A stretch of DNA of 64,000 nt, taken from positions 45,552 through 109,551 of the IMG/VR virus record IMGVR_UViG_3300042351_000704; one strand, 5' to 3'. Position 1 is the first letter of the stretch. Each line of letters begins with the position of its first letter. The position numbers were made by a program, and so were the translations under genes. The stretch is from a virus. The notes under the pieces are model-generated. The model searched no databases, was not told the origin of the DNA, and saw only the letters and a program-made list of their open reading frames with translations. Of this stretch, positions 30,201 to 38,419 are shown one piece after another.

Positions 30201-32530
30201 AAGAAAACCATATTGCCAAAGAAGTATATGATAGCGCTAAGGGTACAACAAAAATGACGTATGAGCGTCTGTTTATCTGGAACCGTACGCGTCCTAATAA
30301 CGAAGATCATTATGAAAAGATCACACTCTCTGATGGAGAAGTGGTGATGGGTAAACCAAACAATTCTTACTTCTACCGTTCTGTAAAAAAAGAACACCGT
30401 ACCGAGCGTAAGGTGGGGGTTACTGTAGACAACCGTGGTAACTGGTTACCAAAAACACTTGAAGAAGGAGCGGTAGATGATAAATATTACAACCAGGATT
30501 ATGAAAAGCTACGCAGGGAAGACCCGGCTGCTTTTGCTGTACTGGAGAAGATGAAAGAATACCACCTGAAGTTCCAGGAAGGGTTTGCTAAAGAGAGTAA
30601 ACTGTACATGCAGATACCTCGTTACCGTAAACCTTCTTTAGAAACACTAAAGAGTGGTGGAGTGACAAGTAAATGGGAAGAGTGGTCTACGCGTGTCAAG
30701 CAATTCTTTACTAAAGCACCCGATGATGTACAGGATGGATTAAACTTCAAGCCTGAGCAGCTGATATATGCTGACATGTTTGATGAAGAGATCAACAAGG
30801 TTCCTATAACAGGACTTTATGCGCTGGACCAAAGTCAGGTGAGTATGAACATTGCTGACAGTATGTTGCGTTATATGCACTCTGGTCTGAAGCAGCGTAA
30901 ACTAATTGAGCTAAATCCGATGGCACAAGCTTTAAAGAAAGCAGTGAGCAGCCCGGACAGTGCGATTAAGGACATGACCAAGATTAACAAGTGGCAGTAT
31001 CAGAACACAGGTATAAAGAGTCATCTTACCAAAAAAGGTATGAGCGTAAGAGCAAAAGCTATCAATAATTTATACGAGCGTGAATTTGAGGGCAAGGCCC
31101 TAGCAGGTATGTTCAGTGACTCTCCTGGAATTCAGAAGTTCATTAGCGGTCTTTTAAAAATGTCAAGCAGTGCTATGTTCGCGTTGAACATTTTACCGAG
31201 TGCTGTTAAGAACCGCCAGTCTGCTATTGTGCAGTTACAGAATGAAGCAACTGCAGGCAGATATATAAACTGGAATTCATACCTGCGTGGTAAAGGTCGT
31301 GCTGTATCTATGATGGCGGCTTACTCGTTCCAGTTATATAAGACAGGTAACCGCAGCATGGATGTACAACTTTTGCAGGTATTTGATCCTACACAGGATA
31401 TATTAAAGTCAACCTTTGGTGATGCACACGCCAGCGATATGGGTGGCCAGTTTGGTCGCTCGGTAGCTGCAGATGCGGCAAGCCTTGGGTTTTTAATGTC
31501 TACTCGTAAGTTCTTAGAAGTAGAATCAGTAGTGGAACTCTTTAGTGGTATGATGCATCACGTAAAAGTGGAGCAAACTATTAACGATGAGACTAACGAG
31601 ATCCGTTATATTGATGCGTTTGAAGTAGTCAATGGCCAGCTGGAACTCAAAGCTGGTATTGATAAAGAGTGGGCACCAGGTGGTGCAAAATTCAACGAGT
31701 TTAAAAATCGTGTACATGAACTGGGCAACCGTCTGTATGGTACCTATGCACGTATGGATCAGCCGGAAGCGCAGCGTTACGTTGCATTCAAAGTGGCCTC
31801 TTTCTTGAAGCGTTTCTTTACCTCTATGTTAATGAACCGTCTGGGCGCTACCCGTGGTAGTGCAGCTTTAGGTGGTGTAAGCACTGGTTATTACAGATCG
31901 GTATTACAAGTAGCTAAAGGCTTTGCTAAGTACGGGGTGAAGAACTACTACTGGATGAGTGATGAACAACGTTCGAATCTGCTAAAGTTCACTTCTGACA
32001 TGGCTCACCAGATGGCGCTGTTGTTTATACTGACTGCTGTGTTTGGATACAACGACAGTGATCCGGACCGTTTTGAAAAAATGAGACAGCGTAGTGGAGC
32101 ACTAAATGAAGAAGACTTTAACCTGCAAGGTTGGTTATTCAACCATGGACTGGTGGCAACACTGGGTACACTAACGGAAACAGAAACCTTTGGTAGCTGG
32201 AGTCCGGTGACTATGGGTGCTGATGGTGATCTAGATGTTGCAATCCTGGGACGTAACTGGAAAACACTAAAGAATACAGCCGGCCAGATGCTTGATCCTA
32301 GAACACTGTATGCTACAACGATTAAAAGACAACTGGAACTCTTAGGTCACGTGAGTCAGTTTATTGATGATGATCCTGCAGGCTTTTACAAGAAAGATGC
32401 TGGTCCTTACTGGTTCCAGAAAGAAGGATCTCCTAAGTTCTTAAATGATGCGGGTGGTATTTTAGGCTTCACCGGATCGCAAGTGGATCCAGTGAAGGCA
32501 CTAAAAGGTATGGAATTGGGCCGTAGATAA
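27245..32530 (+). CDS. Large ejection protein (1761 aa) with N-terminal zincin-like domain
   Basis: MLTCPNKSSAEWKLLVNEVGE N-terminus, VLHEYAHP...QEEALV (27599-27613), helical body, hydrophobic segment near the C-terminus. Confidence 0.75.
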   Translation: MLTCPNKSSAEWKLLVNEVGEREAFRAYLAKGDGSIPTVPMMEIPTEQEQKTQIGQNIARAMADTIAQNMGIPYSLVTPVQAADLTKDSTNPWKGEKAFFFNGKVYFTEGGFTTENVLHEYAHPMVAAVAIQNPTLFNNLYKQLESTPEGASIIQEVKDLYPEAETTPGKIQEEALVRALSAQAQNKINGVKSSTGFTDFLNKLVFAFKQLLRKVFGTTVKVEKLSTDTTLSELAEMLRGDKFDIPTDIISEQDYVDYLRDISNFTKELNNVEFSGISSSVRRFYDVVTNHIRRIQENKNYTEARKFLVDETGRGQLQELKATLSNSEIDQRLAEIFDQVTLDAKTTQSFVHSILRLQKLTDSIFNHTKELAKQGSSKEVIGNIFYYDMLVRNWNKYISETVDHLSDKGLNPNSEFGRVLSGIQNTIAQTDRTISKIYADNVNDVIYESLEPLAKDIDRYFSEYITQLEAKNADPKKIAEVKDQYEKMKITKDKLKDMISGKLGDTNQYSALLEAYTNSPDPVIGGFAMFIKNAYNDVDTQAQRNMNDFARDLEPLLMAAGYSRTNYSKLMSKLVTTEKVPYIDEKGNFATREVFAFKDKFNDFTSESAELKHKLDLAIDNGDTALADQLLRDMRKLRRDYFHQEYVPAYYEREKIYDSEIGRETFRRKQTILNKVAELDAQSYDDDSLDEIAEEKKLLWREYAQLASLTDLNGNQKQGRELEIAKTEKEYRKASREFFEWVPIKGLFESNLRRFEQGLVDNNIDPASDEYKEKRDKWIKNNTVIAYTQEFFEERNQVLEDLKELMSGLSDQIRSAVDSSEEMEAMLDIATGFRDQDGQVIGTDISETSKEKVRKLQKATIDKRNSMAGFSGLTREEMDELSGYFQKIVAREKLTAEERNRMDELMERKSNLGVDKFTKTEMQALYAKLGGLQSKEATDYYVDIVNNYMEKIGQPLIDNESAGNLLQPELYVKLFSESPEFEQWFKENHIAKEVYDSAKGTTKMTYERLFIWNRTRPNNEDHYEKITLSDGEVVMGKPNNSYFYRSVKKEHRTERKVGVTVDNRGNWLPKTLEEGAVDDKYYNQDYEKLRREDPAAFAVLEKMKEYHLKFQEGFAKESKLYMQIPRYRKPSLETLKSGGVTSKWEEWSTRVKQFFTKAPDDVQDGLNFKPEQLIYADMFDEEINKVPITGLYALDQSQVSMNIADSMLRYMHSGLKQRKLIELNPMAQALKKAVSSPDSAIKDMTKINKWQYQNTGIKSHLTKKGMSVRAKAINNLYEREFEGKALAGMFSDSPGIQKFISGLLKMSSSAMFALNILPSAVKNRQSAIVQLQNEATAGRYINWNSYLRGKGRAVSMMAAYSFQLYKTGNRSMDVQLLQVFDPTQDILKSTFGDAHASDMGGQFGRSVAADAASLGFLMSTRKFLEVESVVELFSGMMHHVKVEQTINDETNEIRYIDAFEVVNGQLELKAGIDKEWAPGGAKFNEFKNRVHELGNRLYGTYARMDQPEAQRYVAFKVASFLKRFFTSMLMNRLGATRGSAALGGVSTGYYRSVLQVAKGFAKYGVKNYYWMSDEQRSNLLKFTSDMAHQMALLFILTAVFGYNDSDPDRFEKMRQRSGALNEEDFNLQGWLFNHGLVATLGTLTETETFGSWSPVTMGADGDLDVAILGRNWKTLKNTAGQMLDPRTLYATTIKRQLELLGHVSQFIDDDPAGFYKKDAGPYWFQKEGSPKFLNDAGGILGFTGSQVDPVKALKGMELGRR

Positions 32531-32737
32531 TTATGGTTTACTGATATGGGTTAAGTCCAGGGTGATGAATATCAATCCCAGGCGTAACCTGGTAAAAGGT
32601 AACCATGTGTTTTTCTTTACTTCTACTTCTCCAGTGTCTACCATGACACCAAACAATACTTCTGATTTACTAATCAGGGTTAACTTGAATTCAAACATAG
32701 AGGGATTATTTATCAGTGGTGAAGGGATGTTTGCCAA
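32531..32737 (-). CDS. Small hypothetical protein
   Basis: ORF ends the - strand block; its stop abuts the stop of the 1761-aa gene. True start may be the MFEF Met. Confidence 0.5.
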   Translation of the reverse strand: MANIPSPLINNPSMFEFKLTLISKSEVLFGVMVDTGEVEVKKNTWLPFTRLRLGLIFITLDLTHISKP

Positions 32738-33137
32738 TATAGCAATCTTCGTCCCAGCCCATGTGTTTTTTAAAACCGTTTATAAAACTGTGAATGTTAG
32801 CTGCACCCACTGGGTTATGGCTATGCACTGAAACTCTTTTCAACACCAGATTGTTTTTCTGGATATGATCTACTAAGAACCGGGCCGAGTCGAGTCCGGT
32901 TTTTTCTTTATAAGACTCGTAGTCCGGGATCTGATACCCCTTCTGTGCAAGCTGGTTGAAGTAATCATCTACGTGTTCTTTTCCCAGGTCGTGATCAAAC
33001 GAGATGAGATCCGGGATAGAGTTTTGCGTAATGTAATCAACGAACTCCTGATGGTTACGTACAACCACCCAAGGATCGTATCCCGGAATAGTGTCCGTAG
33101 GTGTACGTACATCGTCAAGGTAAAGCGCTGTTTTCAT
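32706..33137 (-). CDS. Cyclic-phosphate-processing receiver-domain (cREC) protein
   Basis: LYLDDVRTP, ISFDHDLG, TGLD and VHSHNPVG motifs. Start refined to MKTALY (ATGA overlap with the upstream gene). Confidence 0.8.
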   Translation of the reverse strand: MKTALYLDDVRTPTDTIPGYDPWVVVRNHQEFVDYITQNSIPDLISFDHDLGKEHVDDYFNQLAQKGYQIPDYESYKEKTGLDSARFLVDHIQKNNLVLKRVSVHSHNPVGAANIHSFINGFKKHMGWDEDCYIGKHPFTTDK

Positions 33138-33544
33138 GGTTTTTGTTTTAGTTGAGAGATCTCGTTCATACAAGCAGACAGTTCTGTTTGCATAAAAGAA
33201 ATCTTGTTAACAAGACTGGCAATCAGCTGCTCTTGTTGTTCTCTATGTTCTAAAAGTTTATAAAACACTTCAATATTAGCCATCATAGATACAGTGCTGC
33301 CATGCTTTCCTGTAATGGGCTGACCTCCTATATAAACAGTTGTTTCTGTAGTTACACCACCAATAAGCTGGTTATAAATATTTATTTTTTGAAGTCCGTT
33401 TACTAGAGAATAATCTGTAACATGATGAGGTACCAGTACGCTACGTACTTCCAGGTTATCTGAAAGCCATGCAGTCATTTCATCATGCAGGAAGAACCGG
33501 GGCTTCTGATCCGCTGTCCGGTCTTTGAGTATTTCTGTTATCAT
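33134..33544 (-). CDS. Hypothetical protein with C-terminal coiled coil
   Basis: ORF tightly packed in the operon. Confidence 0.55.
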   Translation of the reverse strand: MITEILKDRTADQKPRFFLHDEMTAWLSDNLEVRSVLVPHHVTDYSLVNGLQKINIYNQLIGGVTTETTVYIGGQPITGKHGSTVSMMANIEVFYKLLEHREQQEQLIASLVNKISFMQTELSACMNEISQLKQKP

Positions 33545-33707
33545 AGGTTGGATTTAAAATAGTGTTACCGTGTGTAGCACGCGGTTCATAGGGACAGTGT
33601 CTGCAGCCATTGCCACAGCAGCTGCCCCTGTTAATATGAAACTCCGGTGTGAAGATCACCCGGTCACCGTCTATATAATAGTCTTTGTTAAGCTCAATTG
33701 GTTTCAT
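33483..33707 (-). CDS. DUF5522-like small Cys-rich protein
   Basis: DYYI...IFTPEFHINRGSCCGNGCRHCPY; start refined to MKPIEL. Confidence 0.75.
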   Translation of the reverse strand: MKPIELNKDYYIDGDRVIFTPEFHINRGSCCGNGCRHCPYEPRATHGNTILNPTYDNRNTQRPDSGSEAPVLPA

Positions 33708-34155
33708 CTGAAGGAATTTCTGCCCCAAGCCAGATCTGGATGAGACGTTCACACTTTTGTTTCCATGAGTTGCTTTCTACCTGAATCATAGGTACTGAAC
33801 AATCGTTGGTTTTGGCGTGAGAAAACTCTTCAGGGTTGTCATCAAGATGCCAGGTAAACTTTGTTCCTTTTAGGTAAGTCCACTTCCAGTCCATACACGT
33901 AAAACGTACATGGTGCTTAGGTATACCTAGCTTTTCTGCCACACCCCATACATTGAAGTTGGGGTCTCCGTCATGACGGTCATAGATTTCTGCCCACTCT
34001 GCATCAGGAAACTTGTGGATCCACTTATGCATGTGGTTTGCATCGTAACGTGTGGTGACGATCCACACTTCTATACCTCGTTTGATGAGTTCTTTAGCGT
34101 ACTCCTGGACATGTTCGTGTTCCAGGGTGCCGTCAAAATCGAATGATACTTTCAT
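33694..34155 (-). CDS. HAD-superfamily phosphatase
   Basis: SFDFDGTL (motif I), IVTTR (II), K (III), HLDDN (IV). Confidence 0.8.
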   Translation of the reverse strand: MKVSFDFDGTLEHEHVQEYAKELIKRGIEVWIVTTRYDANHMHKWIHKFPDAEWAEIYDRHDGDPNFNVWGVAEKLGIPKHHVRFTCMDWKWTYLKGTKFTWHLDDNPEEFSHAKTNDCSVPMIQVESNSWKQKCERLIQIWLGAEIPSDETN

Positions 34156-34256
34156 AGGTTATCGGATATAAGATTAAGCAACCACCTCCATAAGCAGTAA
34201 GTGATTGTAAAGATGAGTGTCCAGGTCAGGATAAAGGACCAGTTATACTTTTTCAT
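34152..34256 (-). CDS. 34-aa single-TM peptide (not in ORF track)
   Basis: MKKYNWSFILTWTLIFTITYCLWRWLLNLISDNL fills the gap exactly, with an ATGA overlap onto the HAD gene. Confidence 0.6.
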   Translation of the reverse strand: MKKYNWSFILTWTLIFTITYCLWRWLLNLISDNL

Positions 34257-34533
34257 CTTGGGTAAGGGTTAATTTCTTGTTACAGTGAGCAATTTGTTTA
34301 CGCTCAGTCTCTCCTAAAGCGCCAATGCGTGGGGCTATTTCTATTTGTAGCAACTTAGAAAAGGTCCTTCCTCTTCTTGCACAGGCGTGTTGCATAGCAG
34401 CAGGCGTTACTCCGAGTTTCACGCCTGCTCTTTTAAAGTTTTCAAATACGGCTATTAGCTTTTGTTGAGAGGGGTCGTAGATCTTTATACATGTGTCATC
34501 ATAGACCTGGTTAACACTGATCTTTTGCAGCAT
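34243..34533 (-). CDS. Small protein with NUMOD1-like HTH
   Basis: KIYDP..KLIAVFENFKRAGVKLGV pattern; start refined to MLQK. Confidence 0.45.
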   Translation of the reverse strand: MLQKISVNQVYDDTCIKIYDPSQQKLIAVFENFKRAGVKLGVTPAAMQHACARRGRTFSKLLQIEIAPRIGALGETERKQIAHCNKKLTLTQDEKV

Positions 34534-34601
34534 AGTTTCAATAGGATTTGGAAAAAGTAAAGATATACAACTTGTAGAACTTGGCAAAAATACTGGAGAG
34601 C

Positions 34602-34847
34602 TTATTTCTCCAGACTTTCGTAATAAAGCTTTCGCACTTTGATGCCGAGCTCCATGTCATTGGGAGTGGATCTTACTGTGTACATAGGTACCAGAAAGTG
34701 GGAAAGATGATCGAGCTCACCACTGGTAAGTCTATAACAGTTAATACATAACTGTCCGGCACCTTCAATGTAACCCACACGCAAATCAATGTGGGTTGTT
34801 TCATCATACGCAGTTTCAGCTGCGCACCTGATACATTTGTCTTTCAT
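34602..34847 (-). CDS. Small zinc-ribbon protein
   Basis: CIRC...YIEGAGQLCINC. Confidence 0.65.
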   Translation of the reverse strand: MKDKCIRCAAETAYDETTHIDLRVGYIEGAGQLCINCYRLTSGELDHLSHFLVPMYTVRSTPNDMELGIKVRKLYYESLEK

Positions 34848-34861
34848 AGGGGTATTGTTGG

Positions 34862-35086
34862 TTATTGGTTTCTATATCTTTGCTTTAGGTCTTCCCAGTA
34901 TCCATCTTCAAAGTTGTAGCGGTTACATACGTCAACCAGTTCAGGGTAGCCCAGTGCAATCTTTTCACGGTTCTTAGTGTCTAGTTTGAATATTGTGTTT
35001 ATAAGTGCGGACATACCGCTGCCAGCCATGCCTAGTTTATAGTGCATAAATGTTTCTTCTGCTGCTGTAAGTGTTTCTGTTGTCAT
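34862..35086 (-). CDS. Hypothetical protein
   Basis: ORF in operon; start refined to MTTE. Confidence 0.55.
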   Translation of the reverse strand: MTTETLTAAEETFMHYKLGMAGSGMSALINTIFKLDTKNREKIALGYPELVDVCNRYNFEDGYWEDLKQRYRNQ

Positions 35087-35090
35087 AATG

Positions 35091-35783
35091 TTATAAGTTA
35101 AATTTGTTACCATAGGATACAAGTCCTAAATCAAAGCGACCATCAAATACGCAGGCTGCGTTAGAGAAAGCCGTGTTAGTGTGCGCAAACCGGGATATAC
35201 CCTGGTTGGTTTCTATAGTGTCCATGTTATGGATGTGTCCAAAGCATACAAGCTTCAGGTTGTCTTTTAGCTGCATGCATCTTTTATACAGTGATACATC
35301 TCCGCAGAACTCCAGCTGACCGTGCCTGTCATAAGAAAGATCACGGATGGTCTTTGGCGGACCATGTACTACCAGTACGTCTGTGTCATCTGGTACAGCT
35401 TGCCATACCTGGTGCATTTTGTCCCTGGCTTTCATAAAAGCCCACTGACCAAATGTTGGTGTAATAGGAGATCCGTAGAACTTGACACCTTCAATAGTAG
35501 CAGCTGCATTTTCCAGGTAGGTAATACCACGCTGGGCAAAGTCAGCAGGTGTAACTCTTCTTCTTTCTATAGAAGTGTCATGGTTACCGGCTACATAGAT
35601 CTTGTGCTTCACAGGAATCTGTTCATACCAGTTCATGAAGTTGATCACTTCCTGTTCGTTACGGATAACATCGTAGTAGTTGGAGCAGTCACCACTGTGT
35701 ACCACAACATCTACATCTTTGAACCTTTCTGGTTGTAAGTCATTGTGAAACCCGTGGGTGTCGGATAGGTGCAGGATTTTCAT
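35091..35783 (-). CDS. Calcineurin-like metallophosphoesterase
   Basis: SDTHG, HSGD, AGNHD, HGPP and GHIH motifs. Confidence 0.9.
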   Translation of the reverse strand: MKILHLSDTHGFHNDLQPERFKDVDVVVHSGDCSNYYDVIRNEQEVINFMNWYEQIPVKHKIYVAGNHDTSIERRRVTPADFAQRGITYLENAAATIEGVKFYGSPITPTFGQWAFMKARDKMHQVWQAVPDDTDVLVVHGPPKTIRDLSYDRHGQLEFCGDVSLYKRCMQLKDNLKLVCFGHIHNMDTIETNQGISRFAHTNTAFSNAACVFDGRFDLGLVSYGNKFNL

Positions 35784-35791
35784 AGGTTGTG

Positions 35792-36646
35792 TTAGAATAT
35801 ATACCGGATACCAGCCGGGTTAAAGAATTCACTGTACAGGTTGGTGAATTCCTGTATCATTTGTTTTTTCAGCTGCCACTGGTAACGTATATTATCCGGT
35901 GCATACTGAGAGTCTTTAGCTTCTTGTATCTCAGGACGCCATAATAGCTCTTGCACTTCAGCACTGTTGCGCTCGTGCTGCTGAATGTTGTGGGTCAAGA
36001 AGATGCACTCGCTTTTGGTTTCTATATCTGCAGCTTTAAGTTGTTCAAAGAGTTTGCGATATTCATCTAACCATCCTTCTGTATAGATAATAGGTGAGAA
36101 ATTAATATGCACTTCCATATACTGCTGCAGTCTTGGTATGCTTGCTATACGGTCTGCTATGCTGTCTGTACCTGGTTCTAATACATCAGAGTATATTTGA
36201 GGCATCAGGCTTACACGTATGCGGTGCTTGTCCGGATGTATTATAAATTTTTCAGTAGGACGGAACATTGTGGGATACTTAGTAGCAAAGGTGCTCTTGG
36301 CCATCTTGTGAGAATCAAACCAGTTAAATACCAGTTCCCAGTTATAGTGTTTACTCATCAGCGCTACATCGGTACTGCAGCCAATATCTATAGTGTAATA
36401 CTGCTCGTCACATTGATTGGGTACTTTAGGCCAGGGTTTATCTACCAGCCAGTTATAGACCGATGATAAAATATCAATTGTGTTTTCATTGACATACACC
36501 TTGTCGTGGTTGTATCTTCCTACATAGCAGTAGGATTTCATACAACCACCCAGGCACCCGTATATAAAGTTTGGACTGATAGCATCTGCTGATCGTCCGT
36601 TATCACGCGTAATGAGCGTTTTAGTTTTTTGTTTGATGATCTGCAT
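35792..36646 (-). CDS. Spore photoproduct lyase-like radical SAM protein
   Basis: GRSADAISPNFIYGCLGGCMKSYCYV, YTIDIGCSTD, FATKY, RIRVSLMPQ, VHINFSPII and IRY motifs of SplB-family proteins. Confidence 0.75.
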   Translation of the reverse strand: MQIIKQKTKTLITRDNGRSADAISPNFIYGCLGGCMKSYCYVGRYNHDKVYVNENTIDILSSVYNWLVDKPWPKVPNQCDEQYYTIDIGCSTDVALMSKHYNWELVFNWFDSHKMAKSTFATKYPTMFRPTEKFIIHPDKHRIRVSLMPQIYSDVLEPGTDSIADRIASIPRLQQYMEVHINFSPIIYTEGWLDEYRKLFEQLKAADIETKSECIFLTHNIQQHERNSAEVQELLWRPEIQEAKDSQYAPDNIRYQWQLKKQMIQEFTNLYSEFFNPAGIRYIF

Positions 36647-37373
36647 GTGCTTCAGTTTGTAGTAAGCCCTCTTTTAACAGTATTTGTTTTACATCTTTAG
36701 TGAGCTTACTGATATCACCATCATTAATAATTGTGTAATCAAACATCCAGTGATCAAGTGCGGTTTCAGAAGGATGAGCGTTTACAGCTGTAACACCCGG
36801 ACGCCCTACACGTATCGTGATACCATTGGCATTCTTAACTGCATTTGCTTCATTAGGAAAACGTGTATCTGTAATGATCCAGTTTGAACAGTCCCATCCA
36901 TTAGGAGCACGATCTGCAGGAACACAGTTGTAGTCAGCCATAAGAGCATTGACCCAAGTGTTAGTGTGAAGACCTTCACGCAGGCCATCAGTACCTAGTT
37001 TCTGTAAGAAGTCTCTTACTATCATAGGAACAGATTCCATGTCTACTTTCTTTGGAAAGATTCCATCTTGGCGTTTACCCGGTTTCATCTTCAGGACGTT
37101 CCACTCAGGACCCAGATTGGTCTTCTTGAATTCTTGGTCTTCAAACTTTTCTACAGGAATTCCTGTAAGTAAAGAGGCTATAGTCTTGAGCTTCCCTGCC
37201 CATTTTTTTATGGCCCAGCCAGACTGTGCTTCTATCCACCACTGGTGATGAACATGGTCTTCTATAGTTTCTTCAAAGGTTATGCTTCCTGTGTTGTAAC
37301 AGTTCAGCAGTTGTATAATCTTTCCTACTGTGTCTTTACCAGACCCAGCGTATCCGGATACAGATATAATCAT
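36621..37373 (-). CDS. Deoxynucleoside monophosphate kinase
   Basis: GYAGSGKDT P-loop, RDFLQKLGTD..R, ITDTRFPNE, HPSE (T4 gp1-like). Confidence 0.88.
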   Translation of the reverse strand: MIISVSGYAGSGKDTVGKIIQLLNCYNTGSITFEETIEDHVHHQWWIEAQSGWAIKKWAGKLKTIASLLTGIPVEKFEDQEFKKTNLGPEWNVLKMKPGKRQDGIFPKKVDMESVPMIVRDFLQKLGTDGLREGLHTNTWVNALMADYNCVPADRAPNGWDCSNWIITDTRFPNEANAVKNANGITIRVGRPGVTAVNAHPSETALDHWMFDYTIINDGDISKLTKDVKQILLKEGLLQTEAHADHQTKN

Positions 37374-37684
37374 AAGTTAGGGTTTATACCTTCTTTCAGG
37401 CAGTTAACAATACGTTCGTGACCGGCTTTGGCTTCGTTCCATGTAGTATAGCGCCACATGTCGTTATCATACTCGCCACCAAAGATCATAGTCTCAAATA
37501 GCAAGGGCTGTCCATCCGGATCCCAGTTGTGATCTAGTTGTATAAACACGGTTGATACTCTGATATCGTTTACAGTGTTATCACCGACTCTTCTGTTTTC
37601 ATCTGTGCAGTCTTCATAGCTGGGGTAAGTGCCTTCAGGCAGTTGTTCTGTGGTTTTATCATCGTTAATTTTATACCAGTTCAT
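37370..37684 (-). CDS. Conserved phage hypothetical protein
   Basis: VSTVF..LDH...PLLFETMIFGG...RY.T..EA..GH, a pattern seen in diverse phages. Confidence 0.65.
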   Translation of the reverse strand: MNWYKINDDKTTEQLPEGTYPSYEDCTDENRRVGDNTVNDIRVSTVFIQLDHNWDPDGQPLLFETMIFGGEYDNDMWRYTTWNEAKAGHERIVNCLKEGINPNL

Positions 37685-38040
37685 TGGTCATTGGTTTTTT
37701 CATTAGGAAAAGGAAGCCCATTGGCTTTCCAGGCTGCGGCTTGTTCTTTAGTCAGTACAAGACCTTCAGTGGATCTTATGCGTTGTAGGTGTTGTTTTTC
37801 TATAGTGAGCTGTGAAATGGCAGTTGAACTACTGGTCAGATGGTATCCTTTACAGAGCTTACAGTAATAGTGTCTGCACTGGTCAGGCTTCCCGCTGCGT
37901 CTTTTGATACGCTTGAGAGTGGTGCTTTCATAAGCGTTTTTCTTATACTTGATTCTAAGAATGGCTTGTCTTGCATCACCGGGAGTTTGATACCTTGTCT
38001 TACCAGATGCATTGCATTTACTAATCGGTAGCGGGTCCAT
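37681..38040 (-). CDS. Small zinc-finger protein
   Basis: C..SGK.RY...YYCKLCKGYHLTS. Confidence 0.65.
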   Translation of the reverse strand: MDPLPISKCNASGKTRYQTPGDARQAILRIKYKKNAYESTTLKRIKRRSGKPDQCRHYYCKLCKGYHLTSSSTAISQLTIEKQHLQRIRSTEGLVLTKEQAAAWKANGLPFPNEKTNDQ

Positions 38041-38374
38041 ACTTGTTATTGATATGTGTTTCGATCATGTCTGTTACTTCCTGCAGGTCTTCTTCAGGTA
38101 GTGCGTAAAGCTGTTCTGTTATTACCATCAGGTAAACCAAGTCAGTTTTATCCAATGCCTTCTTAACATCCAGTACCATTTGACTGTCACCAAGCAGACC
38201 ACAGATGTGATCGATTGCTACTTTTACTTTTAACAGGGCGTTGTTTATGGCATACTTCTGTTTTTGTGTGGTGGCAGCTCTGGCATAGTCAAGTCTTACT
38301 TCCATGCATTTCATGTGCTGCAGCAGGTTCATAAACAATTCACCTATGGTGTCTTTGCTTAGTTCTTGGGACAT
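38021..38374 (-). CDS. Hypothetical helical protein
   Basis: ORF in operon. Confidence 0.6.
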   Translation of the reverse strand: MSQELSKDTIGELFMNLLQHMKCMEVRLDYARAATTQKQKYAINNALLKVKVAIDHICGLLGDSQMVLDVKKALDKTDLVYLMVITEQLYALPEEDLQEVTDMIETHINNKYGPATD

Positions 38375-38380
38375 ATGAGA

Positions 38381-38411
38381 ATATTAAAGGGGAAGCTGTT
38401 ACACTTCCCCT
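38381..38411 (-). terminator. Probable intrinsic terminator
   Basis: AGGGGAAG/CTTCCCCT stem with an AT-rich tail on the - strand, just past the stop at 38420. Confidence 0.55.
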
Positions 38412-38419
38412 GATAATGA

